A stretch of DNA of 51,790 nt, filler included, from Dimargaris cristalligena (taxonomy: Eukaryota): NCBI GenBank assembly GCA_003614675.1. It is 2 parts of 2 records of this genome, joined end to end, with 100 filler letters (N's around TTAATTAATTAA, not from the genome) between each part and the next. Parts side by side here need not be neighbours in the genome. Positions count along the whole stretch, not along the records: positions 1 to 25,860 come from ML002554.1; 1 more part is not named here. The stretch is one strand, 5' to 3'. The position numbers and the translations under genes were made by a program. The notes below the pieces were generated by a model. The model was not told where the DNA came from. It searched no databases and saw nothing but the letters and a program-made list of their open reading frames with translations. Shown here in pieces: positions 12,701 through 24,090 of the stretch (position 1 is the stretch's first letter; every line of letters begins with the position of its first letter).

Positions 12701-15700
12701 GCCACCTCTCTCCTAATTCATCTTAAATTCATCCGTGGGTGGAGATGTCGCTTCTCCTCCTCCCCCGTGCGTGGGCTTCTATGTTCGATCTTGTCGTCGG
12801 TGGTATTTTTGCGTCCTGCCACTTACATTGGCCTTCGTACGTTTCCTACCTATACCTTCTTAGTTTCGCTCGATGGTTATCTCGTACTCCTTCCTTCACT
12901 CTCGCACAATGTCCTTAGTCTCTATATATCCTACTCCCCTTAATTTTTGGATGACACCCCCTATAGTCCGCCCCATCTACTCGTCCTTTCCATCCACATC
13001 ACCCGACCCCCCCACTCCGCCGTGCGCCGCCCTGTTCTTATCTGTTTATTATTGTTTATCTAGTATTCTCGAGTTGATTGGGCCTAATAAACCCACCTCA
13101 TTTATGTTTTTTCCCTAATATTTATTAATTTAGTTTTTGTAGTCTTAGTATATTGTTTAGTTACTATTTTCATCTGCGCATGCGACTTGGCTGGTGGGCG
13201 GGGAGGGGTCAGGAGTGTTATATTAGGGTTACGCCATTCGCATTTTTTTTACAGTGCCCATACCTCATTGTTATTTACCCGGCTCTATGGTTTCCCATAA
13301 TATATACCACGGTGTATTGGCGAATAGCGAAGAGCACTATTTTCGACATTCCTATTTTCAACAAGCTTGACTATATTTCCCTTCTTCCAGCGGTGTAATT
13401 TAGCCATTCAATTGGAAATGGACCTCTATTTTAGTCTTAATTCATCCCCACTTCGTGTGGAATTCCCATTGGCATACAGCTCGTGGGCTCTTGTCTGTGT
13501 ATCTCATTTGAATGGTTTACATACATCTGTATCCGTACACATCCAAGCATCTATACCGATACCCACTCCTATATATATATACATACATATATTTTCATTT
13601 CACATAGGTTCAGCGTTTTGTTCCCACACCGAGATTTCCAAAACTACGATTGTATTTTTGTGATTTTCAACCAGTCCATTAATTTCACACTTTTAAAATT
13701 TTGTTCTACGTAATATAATATAATATAACTTTCTCAATATCTATGACAAAAATGGCTTGGGAATATGTGGTCACTTAATGAAATATTGTTGAGTAATTAC
13801 CCTCCAAAGTGTTGATATAGCTTATTGGAGAGTACCCTACTTACTATATGGCTCGTGGCCAAATTGGTAAAGCTGAATATTGAAATGATGCAGGGTATTG
13901 GAAACTGTGGAATTCAGACCGTATGGCACCCTGGTGAGAAAAAGAGGGATTGGCCAGCAACTCCGAATACTGAATAAACCGCCAAGACATACATCAGTTC
14001 CAACTGAACCTTAGAAAAACAATGTACAATGGAGGAGGGGGGGGCAAGGGGCAAGGTGGGAATCATTCGAAGCAAACTGGGATGCTTAAAAAGGGAATGC
14101 TGTTACAGGAGAAGGTGTGTTATCCCACCCCCTACATAAAACCATTGATTGCCGGACTGGTAGAGAATCTCGATATGGGTGAAATTCAAACCAGCTGTAT
14201 AAGATTTTACATAATACGTGTATGGGTGAATATATGAGAGAATAGCTTTTAACCAGTCTTATTGGCCTCATCCAGTGGATTTTTCATTATACAGCCTGAA
14301 TAAACTTCCCCATATGGAGATGATGCGTGAAAATCTAGGTAATGAAATGAGATACCAAAGGACTGGGCTTGCATCCATTCAGCATAAAAAAATAAATACC
14401 AATCAGGAAAACCAGGAGAGAATGGACAATGCAGAGTGAGTGCAGACTGGGATGAATGGACGCGTAGGGCGAAGATGTGAGGGGGTAGATTGGATAACCG
14501 ACGTGATTGTAGTAGCTGGATAACGAAAAACAAACCCAGTGGGCTTATATTAAAACCTTCACCCCCCTCCCTCCCTTTTCTCACCTGACCTCTAAATTCA
14601 AGCCAAACCATGCCAATTCAATTCAACCTAACTCACCTTCCCCTTGCTAACCGAGTTACTGGATACTCCTTAACCCGATTATCCCTAAAGGATTGCCGAA
14701 TAAGTTCATATTAATCAACTCACGGGAGGGCGCAATGCACCCAATGCATGATTACGCTCGTACCCCTCATCCCCTCCCCTCCCAGTATGATTATCTGTCC
14801 CTTATCGCGTACCTTCTCGATCACTACTACTACTACCATCACCACTGCTGCTTATTCAATAACCCTATCAAATAGTTTATACCGTAGTGTCGTGTTGCCT
14901 AATCGATAAACCAGTACCACCAGGCCCATTCGCTTGTCGACCAAAATTGGTACCAATTGTCTTATGCAAAATACTACAAACTCCTTTTCACTCAATGACC
15001 AAAAAATGTCGTTGGCCCATTAATGTGGTGAGGGAGGGTGGGTGGGGGTATAGAGTAAATGGATGTACATTTCCACCACCGCTCCTTCTTTCGGTAATCT
15101 AAAGGTCGAAGGTTCTCGACTGGATACCGAATTTTAGTCACACTCGTACATGACTTCGTCCGGTGGACTATTCTCGCTCAGCAATAATACGTAGACCGGC
15201 GTTACATTGGAGACCCCGCGAAAATAAATAAATAATAACGCCCCGGACCACACGTTGGAATAATATACCGGGTATCGTAGGGGAAGAGAAGGAGGCACGG
15301 AGGGTGTTATCAGGTTCGGACGATTCCCGCTGAAGAACAACTAGGGGGAAATGCCTCAGTGTAAGTAGCCGGACAGGCTAAGAATGTAAGCGTGGGATCA
15401 ACAAAGAGATGGCTGTATCGGGAAGACGCTGCTAGAACATTGAACCCTAAAGATACTAAATAGCGGAAATAGAAATTACGACTAGGGGAATATTGAAAGG
15501 GTTAATAGGGAGCCGGGAAACGGGAATGGTGGAGGAGGGGAATAACTATCGGTAATTGAATTACCGCGCGCCACTAATGAAACTGGGCTATACTTGCAAT
15601 GAATATTTCAAAAGATGGACTAGTTTTAATCACCCTAAGTATTAGGCACGAAACTCGGAAACCATGATAATATATAAGTTGACGGTCGTCAGCTCAATTC

Positions 15701-16116
15701 TCAGATCAGTAATTGGTCCGGAAAAGACCCCCTTTATTTAACAAAATACGAAATGTGTGAATTGAGGGTAAGAAATAGTCAAAATCCTGTCGATTAGTAA
15801 ATAGAAACTGCCCGGTTTGAAACAAGTAGTAGCACCACCACCACCACCACCAACCCCAGTAAAAAATATAGTACTGGGCGAGTCGATTGGGGGTAAAGTT
15901 ACTTTATGAAAGGCCAAGATTTTACATCGGACTAGCAGCGAGCAAAACCCAACGGGTAATTGTCTAGATTTCACAAGAGTGAGCCCTATTTAACGCTGTA
16001 TATTCGGCCATTGACCATGGGTATGCTTTTGGAGGCAAAAATAAGGGGGCTGGAGTATACATACAGCAAAGAATAGTGCTTGACCCACACGAATGATGTT
16101 AAAAGTTATTTTTAGT

Positions 16117-16189
16117 GGGCTCGACCGGGATTCGAACCCGGGCCACGTGCACCCAAAGCACGTATGTTAAACCTCTACACTATCGAGCC
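16117..16189 (-). tRNA. tRNA-Pro, anticodon UGG, intronless, 73 nt
   Basis: The reverse complement folds as GGCTCGA-TA-GTGT AGAGGTTTA ACAT-A-CGTGC TTTGGGT GCACG-TGGC-CCGGG TTCGAAT CCCGG-TCGAGCC-C. A T4 Pol III terminator-like run lies at 16101-16104 on the minus strand. Confidence 0.96.
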
Positions 16190-16960
16190 AACCACAAAAA
16201 AATTCTATCTATATTTTCTATATAATGTAACAAATTATTCATATGAGCCCCCCCTTTTCCCTATCCGACTGGCTGTTCCACTCGCGTGATTCCCCAGAGT
16301 TCGTATTATCCCACACCTAACTATCCCATTTTTGTAATCGGGGACTATTCCAATAAGCCCAGTTCTCTACCCAGGTGTCCTTTCTTTCCTATTCATAATG
16401 GATACGTTAGTATTTCCGGGACAGTTTGGATGGGCAATCCCTTTGTTGTGGTGACGATCCTCATCACGAGTCATACAGTTGCCCCCCCCATACGGTATAC
16501 GTTCCAAATCTTCATGGTCAGCTGAAAGTCATAGCAGATGTCTATCACGATCCGGAGAATAGTTTACTCAATAACGGGGAAGTCGAGCTGATGGATTCGG
16601 GTTTGCCTTTGTACAATTATATGATGGATTGTTAGAGCGGAGGGATAGGTAAGAACCCCTAAGTTCCGCTAGCGATAACAATATATGTAGCGTGACCAAG
16701 ACGTCAAATCGAATATTTACCCACCCCCCCCCACCCCAAGCAACCCGGTCACCCGCCTAAGCTGATCTCTATATATTCATGAGAGCGCGTGTCATTATTT
16801 ATTACTGTTTTGTACAGGGATACCCAATGGAATGATTTGTGGCATGACCATTGAGGTAGAAAGATAGCCTACCAATCGGAGGAAAAGGCATTTGGTACAT
16901 GTATGAATATATATAAACATACATATATATATTGGTATGGGCATAATTCAGGTATCGTGC

Positions 16961-17470
16961 TTAATTGGTATCGCTGGAAGCCCTGGCATTGCGCCAATAA
17001 CTACAATGCGGGAAGGTCTTGAAAATGTCCAGTCCCGCATTGCGAAATTGCTTATCCAGCGTAGAATCGCGCCGGTACTCCCACATGCGGTCGACCCGGG
17101 CCGGATCAATGACCCAAATATCGGTGAGGCACTCTTTGAATTGGGAAGCCTCGAGGACCACATTCACTTCATGCTGGATCCGACTATCGGCTTCCAAACC
17201 CAGGTAGTAGAGCGTACATTCCGAAGGTTGGGCTGAGGTCCATTGGATGCAGAGGGCGGCCGAACCGAGGGGGCAGGCAACGTAGTCCGTGTGAGTGAGA
17301 CCCGAATGGTATTGCATAACCTGGAAGTTGCTCCAAAAATTGAAGCTGTCCAGAGCCTCAACCATGATATCGATGGCGGGGGTAATGGGCTTTGAGGCTG
17401 TGGTGGTGGACGAGATGGGATCCCCCGATTCGTCCGTGGGTGAAATAGGACTGTTATAACCATAATACAT
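16961..17470 (-). CDS. Hypothetical protein, 169 aa, no recognised family
   Basis: Strong start context (CTCACC ATG), protein-like composition (Ser/Thr/Pro N-terminus, then a mixed globular-looking region), an AT-rich 3' flank and a pyrimidine-rich 5' flank. A CAG just upstream of the ATG could be a splice acceptor, so an upstream exon is possible. Confidence 0.6.
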   Translation of the reverse strand: MYYGYNSPISPTDESGDPISSTTTASKPITPAIDIMVEALDSFNFWSNFQVMQYHSGLTHTDYVACPLGSAALCIQWTSAQPSECTLYYLGLEADSRIQHEVNVVLEASQFKECLTDIWVIDPARVDRMWEYRRDSTLDKQFRNAGLDIFKTFPHCSYWRNARASSDTN

Positions 17471-17722
17471 GGTGAGCCTGCCAGTCGAGTGGTGGATAAA
17501 AAAGAGGGGAAAGTGGGGGTGTTTAAGGTGGCAACTACCACTGCAGTCGTAAACGGTGGTGGCGATGACAATATATAATGTGAAAAATATGATTTGAAAT
17601 GAGGCTGCTGAAGGTGAAGGGGAGGGTCGGAAGGAGATGGATGCTTATTATACAATAGAAAAAGGAAAATGCTCGGAAAGGAACAGGTGGAATCAGGACC
17701 CTGGTAAGGCCGTGGGATATCG

Positions 17723-17732
17723 CCTATAAAGG
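17723..17732. promoter_or_regulatory. CArG box CCTATAAAGG (Mcm1/SRF consensus) upstream of the 169-aa ORF
   Basis: Exact CC(A/T)6GG match; function inferred. Confidence 0.35.
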
Positions 17733-17822
17733 ACGGGAATGCCGGTTAGCGGGGACGGGGTAATGCCAATATTGCATTGCTAAACCGGTTTAGAGGAACA
17801 ATGCGTAGCGGGATAAGAAGGT

Positions 17823-17831
17823 GTGAGTCAT
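17823..17831 (-). promoter_or_regulatory. Gcn4/AP-1 element ATGACTCAC upstream of the 169-aa ORF
   Basis: GTGAGTCAT on the plus strand; function inferred. Confidence 0.35.
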
Positions 17832-19685
17832 GGGAAACGGGTGGGCAGCGATTCAAGGGAGAGAATGGGTAGGCGAACTGGTTTGTATTGTTGGCAACCG
17901 TGTGGACAGGTGTCCGTATTTAAGTAAATTCATCCCGGACCAGCCAAAGGAACGTGTTGCCGGTCGGTTTAGATATCCAGGTCGAATTCCCCAGTATCTC
18001 TCCGCCTCACATTCACATACATAACCATAGGCAACATCTACACCAAGATCCGTGCCATTCCGTCATCCAAGGGAGTCTAATAGCCACTAATTGCTGGAAG
18101 ACGTGTTGTTGAATTTGGAATAGAGCTCCCCGGGAATCTCCCCAGGCCTTCATTAATTAGGTAAATATATCTATATATATATATATATATTAGCGCACAG
18201 GTCAGGGCCATGTGAGATAAATAATAGGTTGGAAAGGCGGATTATCCCCGAGTAAGACATACACTGTGGACAATAAACCCTTCTGGCCTCCACTTTAATC
18301 CCACAGCGGTAGTCATTCTCCTCTTGACGTTGAAATAAAAATTAATGGAATCTATGGACAATGGTTATACCCGTTGGTGTTAATAAAAGACGGAAAACAA
18401 GAAGAAAAAAGAGGAACGTCCCTTTACCTTCTGCGTTGGTATCGTGGTGGGCCAAAGGAGATGATCCTAGAAGATCAAAATGGTCGGAAGATTGATTTTG
18501 GGACCAAGAAGGGTGGAGGGGGGGAGGACCAACACCCCTCCCCAATGGAATTCAATCGCGGTAAATAATAGAGGGAAAGGGAATTCGAGGCATCCACTTG
18601 GAAACACCGTGTCGATGCGCTTGACCTGGATAGATGTACCCATATCTAAGTTAAAGACATACATAATCCTAGCATTGGCAAAGAGTGGGAGAGTTGGGAG
18701 TACAAGGATCGATACAAAAATCGTCCTCACACACACCCAAGTATTATTCTTCGACCGTAGGCCCGGGCAGCCAAAAGTCACCAAGGTGGAATAGTCATTA
18801 TGTAGATTACAATAGGGACCCCGTGGACCTCGCCAATCTCCACTCGTAAAAGGTGGGAAGGGACTGCGCTATTGCTGCTGAAATCGACAGATTAGTTAAG
18901 GTAATTGTTTGCATTATTGTTGGGACTGGCATCTCTAAGTTCTCACCAGACAGTTGGTAAATGTCCGATACCCCCCTCCCCCATAAAGATTATACCACTA
19001 CGAATACCAATATCAACTCCAATTCCAGTATTGTATCAACTTAGATCTAGCATAACAACTGTTTCGAGTCCAACATATTACTTTTTAAATATATATATAT
19101 ATATATTCAACTGAAGTCATGTTTGTTTATCTTGGCAGTCCATCCCAGAGTCCCCCAACCGAAGATCTATTGCCCTTTTATCTACAATGCTTAAAGTCGA
19201 CGGATGCCAACTAAAACGAAATAAACAACGGAGGTCCTCCCAGCAGTCCCAAAAAAACAAAAATATAGTATTCAAGACCTACATCGCTAGTACTAGTCAC
19301 AAAATAATACAACCCCACATTTCTAAATAATTTTAAGGTTTGGGTTTTCAAAAAGTTTATTTATTCCATCAGCTGAAAACAAACTGCAGCACATGGTATC
19401 CGAAAGGATACGAATGCCCAGTGATCCGCAATGAAGGGAAGGGAGAAACAACGAGGGAAACTAAAGTCGACTGTATCGCGACGATATCCGACACGATTGA
19501 AACTGATAACCACGGGAGATGAGTAGAGAGAAAAGGAAGTGGCTACAACGGCTTGAAAGAGGAAGGAAAGAGTATATAAAAAACGATGAAAGGAAAGGGA
19601 ATCGTTACTATGATAAAATTATACTATGTCATGGTTAAATAATAAAGTGAAATTGAAAAATAAATAAAAAAACGCCGGCGTTGCA

Positions 19686-20756
19686 TTAAAAGGAGCCGGT
19701 CAATGCCTGGTTCGCACAAATCAGTTGGTGCTCAAGAGAGCGGATCTGCTCCATCAAAGTGGACACAGTCTCCTTGGTCTGGACCTTCTCGGACTCGAGA
19801 TAGGCAAGCTTGGTGGCGAGAGTGGTATTCTCGGTCTCCAAGTCGACAACTTTAGCCTCCAGGGACTCGACGCGCAGAAGCTTGCGCATACGAGAGCGAC
19901 GAGCAGCGTCAGTGTTCTTTTGACGCTTAAGTGAGGCGGGGTCACCGGAAGTGGAATCCATCTCGGGGGTCGGCGTGGAGGGGATCTCCTCTTCGACCTT
20001 GTTAGGCTTGGGCAGGACGGCTGATTCCTTCTTAAGAGCCACAGTACGACGACGCTTCAAAGCAATTTCCGGGGGGAGAGTAGCTAAGAAGTCGTTCTGG
20101 CGCTTGCGAATTAGATCCTCTTGGGTAGCGGGGTTGGCCTTGCGGGTAAGCATGGCGGAGACAGCAGAGTCACCAGTCGGTTGGTCCACAGGGGAAGCGG
20201 CAGGCTTCATCTCGGGGGAGAGAATCAGGGGGGAGGCGGCCAGGCTGGTGGGGGTCAGGACATTCTCGGGGGAGCCAATGCAGTGGGGGGAGGAAGGAGT
20301 CAGAAGCGCAGCGGCCAGGTCGTCGAAAGAAGCCGGGTAGGTAAACTGGAACAGAGCACCCATGGCAGCGGCAGTGACGGCGTCCTGGGAGGGGTGGGTC
20401 AACGAGCACAGCAGAGGCGAGGAACCAGAGATGGGGGAGGTGTTACCCGAGAAGGAATCGATGGAGAAGGCGGAAGGGGACTGCACCGCGGTGACGTCGC
20501 TCAAGACGGGCGAATCAAGGAAGCTGTAGTCGACAGGGGAAACCCAGTCATCAAAGGTAGTCTGGACACCAGCCGAGACGGAGTCCAGGTTGGCAAAGAG
20601 ACTGGGGTCGACCAGGGACAGCAGATCGGCCAGAGGGGCGGGGCTAGACGGAGCCGCGGAAGCCGCAGGGGATGGCACCGGAGCGGGAGCAACGGGCTTG
20701 GCGGGATGGGGCAGAATCTTGGCAAACTTCATGGTTGAATTGGCGGAGGAGTTCAT
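19686..20756 (-). CDS. GCN4: Gcn4/Cpc1/CpcA-family bZIP transcription factor (general amino-acid control), 356 aa, intronless
   Basis: Basic region DPASLKRQKNTDAARRSRMRK resembles Gcn4 [21 protein letters not shown] and is followed by a leucine zipper. It has acidic/hydrophobic activation-domain-like segments (FDDWVSPVDYSFLDSP) and the diagnostic uORF-containing leader. A second ATG at 20732 has better context. Confidence 0.9.
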   Translation of the reverse strand: MNSSANSTMKFAKILPHPAKPVAPAPVPSPAASAAPSSPAPLADLLSLVDPSLFANLDSVSAGVQTTFDDWVSPVDYSFLDSPVLSDVTAVQSPSAFSIDSFSGNTSPISGSSPLLCSLTHPSQDAVTAAAMGALFQFTYPASFDDLAAALLTPSSPHCIGSPENVLTPTSLAASPLILSPEMKPAASPVDQPTGDSAVSAMLTRKANPATQEDLIRKRQNDFLATLPPEIALKRRRTVALKKESAVLPKPNKVEEEIPSTPTPEMDSTSGDPASLKRQKNTDAARRSRMRKLLRVESLEAKVVDLETENTTLATKLAYLESEKVQTKETVSTLMEQIRSLEHQLICANQALTGSF

Positions 20757-20914
20757 GACGGGGAAAAAGGAAAGTAAAGTCCGTGTATGTAAAGAATTTA
20801 AATAGAAAGGAGTGCTTAAAGGGGTTTTGGGTGGGTAAGAGTGACAATCGACTATAGCGGGGTTATGCGACGGGGTGAGTTCGAACGGAAGTTCCGGTTG
20901 AAGCGAGGGGGTGG

Positions 20915-21013
20915 TTAGTATTGGTTGAGTAAGGAGGTCTCCGAAGAGGGTGTTTGCAGTTGGTTAGGACGACATGGTGGAAGGGGTTCCTTGTAATCGG
21001 GAGAGAGAGCCAT
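20915..21013 (-). promoter_or_regulatory. uORF2 of GCN4/cpc-1, 32 codons (MALSPDYKEPLPPCRPNQLQTPSSETSLLNQY*)
   Basis: Optimal context (CCCACC ATG G), out of frame with the main ORF, ending 158 nt before the main AUG; analogous to the long inhibitory uORF2 of cpc-1. Confidence 0.8.
20964..20975 (-). promoter_or_regulatory. uORF3 of GCN4/cpc-1: ATG TCG TCC TAA (MSS*), nested in uORF2 and in frame with the main ORF
   Basis: Context TCCACC ATG; 20975-20756 = 219 nt = 73 codons. Confidence 0.75.
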
Positions 21014-21148
21014 GGTGGGCAATCAGGTTAGTTGGTGAGAGAAGGGGGATGTGGTGAAGTAATGTTGAAAACGCAATGGTTGACTACACGAAAGTTCAAG
21101 GAAACTTAGGATGTAATTCGTAAAACGGAAAACAAACCGCGGGGGCGT

Positions 21149-21160
21149 TTAAGCGGACAT
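21149..21160 (-). promoter_or_regulatory. uORF1 of GCN4/cpc-1: ATG TCC GCT TAA (MSA*)
   Basis: Three-codon uORF in good context (CCCAAC ATG), 392 nt before the main AUG; matches the reinitiation-permissive uORF1 of GCN4/cpc-1/ATF4. Confidence 0.85.
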
Positions 21161-21258
21161 GTTGGGCAGGCTATGCGTAGTAAAGGGCTTATGGTGTAGT
21201 GTGTAAATGAGAGTTCAGGGAAAAGTAAGAGAGCAACGGAGGGGCGGCAGATGGTCTC

Positions 21259-21266
21259 CTTATATG
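21259..21266 (-). promoter_or_regulatory. Candidate TATA element (CATATAAG) of GCN4/cpc-1
   Basis: About 100 nt upstream of uORF1, where the pyrimidine-rich leader begins. Confidence 0.4.
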
Positions 21267-24081
21267 ACAGTCATCCACCGCCGCCGCTCCCAGTCGGGGG
21301 AAGAAAATAGATAGAGAGAGGGGGACCACTGCCATAGGCAAAAACCCCCCCCCCCACACACACTCCCTTCGACCAATGAGGGATAACAACTATGCTGTGG
21401 GGGAAGGTCAAGCCAATCACATTGTAGGTAACTGAGCAGTGAGGGAGGGAGGAGGGAAACCCCACTCTACAGAGATATACACGGGTGGGCTTCTTGGCCT
21501 CACTCTTTCAATCATAACACCCTCACTAAGTTCACGCTTCGCTAATTGGCTGGATTCGCCCCCCAGAGGCGGGAACGGTGGTGGTCTTCACCATCAGCTC
21601 TGATTGGCTAACCCTTATAGCCAGGCAATTGGTGGGACAGACTGGAATGCAGAGTGGGAAGGAAACCCGCGGCCTACATCGCTGGTGCTGATGGAGGGGC
21701 AACTTCTCTAGTACATGCGCATACATGCATACACTTAATAAAAGGGGCCCACTCTCTCCCGCATACACTGATATCAATGCAGTACCCATCAGGTAGGTCA
21801 ACTCCTACGAAAGTCGAAGCGTTAGCCACGGAGGCGGCTCTTCACTCCCTTCCCTTCTCTCCCTCGCACTCGGACCGAGCCTCAAATCGACGGGTAAGTA
21901 CTACAAAATGGCAACTAGGCTAATTAGTTTGGGTTTCCGGATTAGGCAATTACCATGGGCTATCTTTTTCCCGTCATACCATGTCCCAAAACGGACCAGC
22001 TGGGAGTAGTAGCCTCGGGCCTAACCATTGGCTGGCCACCGAGGGATCCCCCCCACGTCAACCGCCTTATCATCGCCGGTGGATCAGTGTGGTGGGCACA
22101 CATATATATATCTGTAGGTGTATATGTCGTATGGTTCAAGAGAGGAGAGGCGGCCCTGTATTGTTAACCATTTGACTTAAGCAAGACGCGCGATACCCTC
22201 CGTCAGTGGCGGTCTCGGACGCTGACTGATTGGCCATCGTCTAATTGGGATGGTGGAGGAAATCCACCATAGAGCCGACCACCGCTAAAACTTGGGGAAT
22301 GGGGCAACGCGAGGCCCACACACACGCACGCTGATTGTAAGTCTATATCCGCCTATAGTTCTATTTTTATCAATCAGGGCTTCCCCTCCTCCTCTAATCA
22401 GTACCCGAGTGGGTATGGTAAAATGGGCCTTGGTCAGAAGGTCATTGTAAGGTCAAACGGCACTGCCCCTCCTTCCAACTGGCAGCCGCCTCGTTGGAGC
22501 CTGTTATTAATAAACGGGGCCCTCTTAATGATCCCTGACCTAGTACTACCCGCCTTCGCAGCGAGCCCCGCGCTGCACAGCCACCCGGCGAATACAACTA
22601 ATCAACTGTAAGGGGATGGAGGAGGGTGTGACAAAAGACAAGATCATTATCCGCTATAGGCCTAAGCACGTATATATCTAACTATCTATGAATCCCCTGG
22701 CTAGTGCAAAGGTAAACCATAACCCAAGCTTCTCCCCCTCATATTCAGCTGCACTGTACTACGTAGTTAAGATAACCCATGCTTTAACCGTCCTGCCTTG
22801 CTGAAGGTTATAACAAAATAGTATATATATAAAGGCCGGGATAATGCGGGTGATGTGTGTCTAGAACTGGGGAGGTGAATGGAGACTCCGGCGTCAGTGG
22901 AGCCGCTGTCCCCCACTCCCTCCGACTATATGCTGCATTCACACAGACATTGGGGTATTATTTCTTTAATGTGTATATGCTGTGATCAACCCTTTATGCC
23001 CCGGTCTAAAGACACTATGCCTTGACACCATCCCCTTCCTCTCCTCACTCTCAATAGGATCAGCACTCCCACTCTCAGTTTATCACCTGTCTTGTGCACT
23101 AAACTCCGGGCCCCGCTTAACTAGTTTTCGTATTGGTGGTGAACCACTCCAAATACCCGTAGTGGAACATACTAATAAGTGTGAAGTCACCTGAAATAAG
23201 GTAGTCGTTTCAGAAACGACGACAGCCGCAGGTTGTTGGATGAGGGGGCCCAGTGGTATCCATGTCGGACTACGTGGCCATTAAGCTGGTGGCTTGCAGA
23301 TAATCTGGCAACGAGTATTCTTCCTTTTCAATGAGAAACCAAATCCTTTCCGACCTATCCGCCAAACCATGTGTGTCGCCGTTGCCCTTCACCAGTCCCA
23401 CCCGCTCTGGCCTGCTCAAACCACCCATGGCGGTAACCGATCCATCGACGGTCCCATGTAATGTTGGTAGTTGCTTGCCTAGCTTACCCCGTCCGATTCA
23501 CACGCCACTACCCGTTTCATCCCACCACCGCAGCCCCTCGCATGGACCTCAATCGCAGCCACCGGCTTAGGCGCTGATAATAACCCCATGGCCCAACTAA
23601 CCCCGGTTTCGACAATCGACCGACGGGCTTTAACCTGTGTCGGACACCACGTCACCCCGGTCGACTTGGAACACAGTATAGGAAATCGGTCCAGGGCAAC
23701 TGGGTATCTGTTCCAGAAGTCAGTTGGGGTCTGTCTAGGTTTTGTTAGCAGCTAGCTGGGTTACGGCTAGAATATCCCGGGGCTCATAAATGCGGCCACT
23801 CAATGTGTATGTCCAAGATAAAATAGCCATACCACTCTCTACATAGATAAGCCTCCGGTGAGAAATACAGTATCCATGTAGTGACTACCTGGTGCCAAAG
23901 AAATGATAATACGGGGTTACCCAAAGGGTAAAATGGTCGAAACGATTATAGACAAAGCACCAGACACACAAGCAAATAGGTAGTAAATGAGAATGCGGTT
24001 GAAATGTATAAAATAAGGGGTGTAGGATAGTCTCCAGTCCAGACCGGGCCACCCCTTTATATAGGTGACTGAATCCTTTTT

Positions 24082-24090
24082 ATGACTCAT
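24082..24090. promoter_or_regulatory. Perfect Gcn4 response element ATGACTCAT
   Basis: Exact 9-mer; a second ATGACTCA at 24308-24315; a minus-strand TATATAAA about 20 nt away (24055-24062). Confidence 0.45.

Noticed and set aside
16398-16635. ATGGATAC|GTTAGT...ACAG|T join that would give a ~72-aa ORF (MDTLDGQSLCCGDD...)
   Set aside because: Needs a 19-nt intron, far shorter than the 246-nt intron seen here and than typical fungal introns; probably chance.
19951-20805. Plus-strand ORFs of 129-205 aa
   Set aside because: Antisense shadows of the GCN4 CDS.
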